A stretch of DNA of 63,657 nt, counting the filler, from Hausera hauseri (taxonomy: Eukaryota), in NCBI GenBank assembly GCA_046269625.1. It is 12 parts of 12 records of this genome, joined end to end, with 100 filler letters (N's around TTAATTAATTAA, not from the genome) between each part and the next. Parts side by side here need not be neighbours in the genome. Positions count along the whole stretch, not along the records: positions 59,051 to 63,657 come from JBJURY010507797.1; 11 more parts are not named here. One strand, written 5' to 3'. Numbering within the stretch: position 1 is the stretch's first letter; each line of letters opens with the position of its first letter. Below the pieces are notes generated by a model. It did no database searches. It saw only the letters and a list, made by a program, of their open reading frames with translations, and was not told the DNA's origin. The translations under genes were made by a program, and so were the position numbers. Below, piece after piece: positions 60,864-63,657 of the stretch.

Positions 60864-63657
60864 TTGATTGTACGATATTCGGAATCTAAAATTATTCCTA
60901 ATTTAAGCCAACATTGATCATCTTATTTTACAAAATCCTTCTCAGCCGGGTAGTGGTAAATATAATTTGGTGTCCTCACTCGGTTATTAGTTATTTTAAT
61001 TTGGCATTTTGACGATATATTCTAATGTTTTTGTTTCCTTGATCAGAGTTCTTTATAGTCTAATCATCACTGTTATATTTCCAAATAAAATGAGTAATAT
61101 CTTCCTCACTCGGGGCACCAGTTTATATATGTTGTTGTACAGGGGTTCGTATAATGACCTTCAGTCGTACGGTACATATATAAAATCCTTTAGAGTCTCT
61201 CTGAAGGTGAGTCCGGTGGTGATCCGGCTACAAGTAGCCTGCACCTGTAACAACTCAATAGGGCATATGTCTGATTACCTTGTAATCCAATATTACTTCT
61301 GAGAGTTCTTGGATAGCCTCGAACTATCGTTTATGTCTATTTTCCTTAATGGGTTCCGATCGATGACATATGTTCCAGAGGTCCTTTGTCTGGTAATTAT
61401 CTCGTCCATATCTGTCCTTAACTCTAACAAATTTCATTAAATCATCTGTGGATTCCTGATACGCCAGACTCTTTCATCTTCATCATAGAGTCACAACTTC
61501 GCGACTCGCCAAGAATGATTACGATCTCAGGTTCCAAACATATACGACCACTTTTCCATTTTAATATCACCATTATCAGACTAAATTTCCTTGCTTTAGT
61601 TATTCATCAATAAAAGATAAGAAGTTTATATATGTTGGATACAGGGGTCTTGATTCGACCTTAATAACGTATCCATATATAAATTTCTATGACTTGAGTT
61701 CGTCCGCGTTACGTTCATTAATTACATGGTGTCTTAACACTGTCTAATTTCATTACGTGTTTTTTACTCGTCTCATGATATCCGAAGGCGTGTGAGTTTA
61801 AGGCGAACTCAATATGATTATTTTTGTCTCGATATCCTTCAGGTATGTTCTTGACTCAATGAGTTACAGTCTATTCTATCCCAAGGCGTTTTGCATGACA
61901 ATAACTTGTCAGACTATATTGCCAGGTAATCCTGGTTCCTTAAAGAGTGTTTGCTTCATTACTTTGAGTTCAGGGGCAGCGTTAAGTAGCGATTCATTTA
62001 TCTCCTCCCATAAATGATAATAACTCTAATACTATTTACTGGAAAAAGAACAGTTAAAATCTTATCACTCTGCATGATAACGGGTAACGACATTGTCGAT
62101 CATTAATATCCATTTGACTCTGGATCGCTCATTTTTAATCTTTCCTATACTTCGTCTCTGCTATTCCACGTTGTAGCATGCGATTTATCCATAGCTAATA
62201 ATCTACTAAGTGCTTCTCCTAATATATTCATAATCTAGGTAAGGGATTTATTTAACGATTAATGCTTAGCTAATATATATCGTACGACTAGGGATTATCG
62301 GTAATACATTGATGTATTCAACACTCGAAATTTAGAAGAGATTCCGTATCGCCTGAGTGGGAAGCTCAGAAAGATATTTCACGAATCGTAATATATTTTT
62401 CGACTTCAAATCGTCTGTATTCAATTTAAATTTAACATATACTATGAATATTAGAAATATCCGGTATAGGTAACCCTAAGGATTATGTGATCTAATGACC
62501 ATTCTAACAATCGATCGAGTTATATTAAGAACGCGCGTCGTCGTTTAACTTTTATATTTCTTCCCACTCTGTACTACCACATATGCTTCGTGAACCAACT
62601 ATGATCAGAATAATTAATGACCTATCTTCTCAGGATTCGTCATAATTTATCTAGAGGGATACCCATATACATTTTACTAGGTAAGATATATAATCTTACT
62701 CGTTGACAAAGGTGTTCTCATACGTGTTCGTATTGAATGTCAGGACCAGCTTCTTACCGATTCAGCCTCAAGGGACGATTAATAGATTCATAGAAGCTAT
62801 AGATCATTACTTACTTACTGCAACGACTCCTTTATTCATCGAAAGTATCAACCCCTTTTGTATCGTATAGAAATTTATTATCCGAGATATTTTGATTATC
62901 GCATTCATAGATGGAATTATTAAATCAACAAATTTGTTCCTTTTTAATCTTTCGGCATATGTTGTATACTTCACGACAATACCCTTAACGGAAAACAGTC
63001 TATTGCAACTTCGAGTCGTTATAGGCACTGTATCATTTACTGTAATTCATCTCCTTTTATCGCACACAAGAATACATGATTATTATCATCATTACTATAA
63101 TGTGTTTTATGTTAATAAATAATCCCATGGTTTCGTTAATCCTGCAGCACTAACAAGTTCACGAAGACTTAAAGGAAAATTGGGATTACTCTGCTCACAG
63201 TGAAACATTGCATTTATCAAACTAATTCCCCTATATTATAAGGTAATTATTTTAAGCAATTTAGGTTTATTAACGACAATCATACATGGTCACTTACATC
63301 CACTATCGTGAGATTTTATTAAAAATCAATGTGAAATAAAATGCCGCTAGACCGCGGACGTTACGATTTCAGGATTATTATAAATCGCCGGATAATATCT
63401 ATGGTCAATTCACCCGTTCTTATTTTATTAATCTTTAACTCCTTTCACTACCGTCTAATTCTATATTGTATTCACATATTTTATCACGTTCATTGCTTCA
63501 AAGCTAAAACAACAGACTATATCAAAGATCATCTTCAGATACATCCGAAACCAAAAGATGTTTACACAACGCTCAGACCTAAATTAGAGTCTATTACTAC
63601 ACATTTGATAATTGAGCAAGATACACTTCAATGCATTCAACGTTAAAATTTCTACGT

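Noticed and set aside
62807-63028. Possible Fanzor/TnpB N-terminus
   Set aside because: No RuvC motifs (GxDPG, DE..TS..C, RD.NA) found when reading the downstream minus strand.

Overview
This window is not one locus. It is 12 eukaryotic assembly contigs joined by eleven artificial 100-nt spacers (44 N + TTAATTAATTAA + 44 N), so adjacency across spacers has no biological meaning. Contigs 1-9 look like an AT-rich invertebrate genome full of decayed mobile DNA. They hold Ty3/Gypsy LTR retrotransposons (one CsRn1-like copy with a -1 frameshift signal, one contig that closes into a 4,319-bp circle), Polinton/Maverick pieces (ATPase-integrase-two tandem pentons-core protein; two separate protein-primed PolB genes; a probable terminus) and a pogo-type transposase. 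They also carry broken host genes: Shaker/Kv1 lacking its S4 voltage sensor, a Cys-loop receptor M3-M4 exon, an IP3-receptor piece and a possible kaptin. Contigs 10-11 look teleost-like. Contig 10 has an intact 1083-aa CR1/L2-group LINE ORF with a hydrophobic leader and a non-canonical 2A-like motif. Contig 11 has two deleted retrovirus-like internal regions sharing one LTR, a doubly truncated 3-exon itpr3 piece and a Tc1 end. Contig 12 is a virus-like cluster of small RING/Zn-finger genes next to a long frame riddled with stop codons. The best novelty candidates are the double-penton Polinton, the leader-2A-like-APE-RT LINE, the RING cluster with possible CpA/TpG-biased decay, the circular Gypsy unit and the 30-bp LTR. 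All assignments are by eye from motifs; no database search was run.
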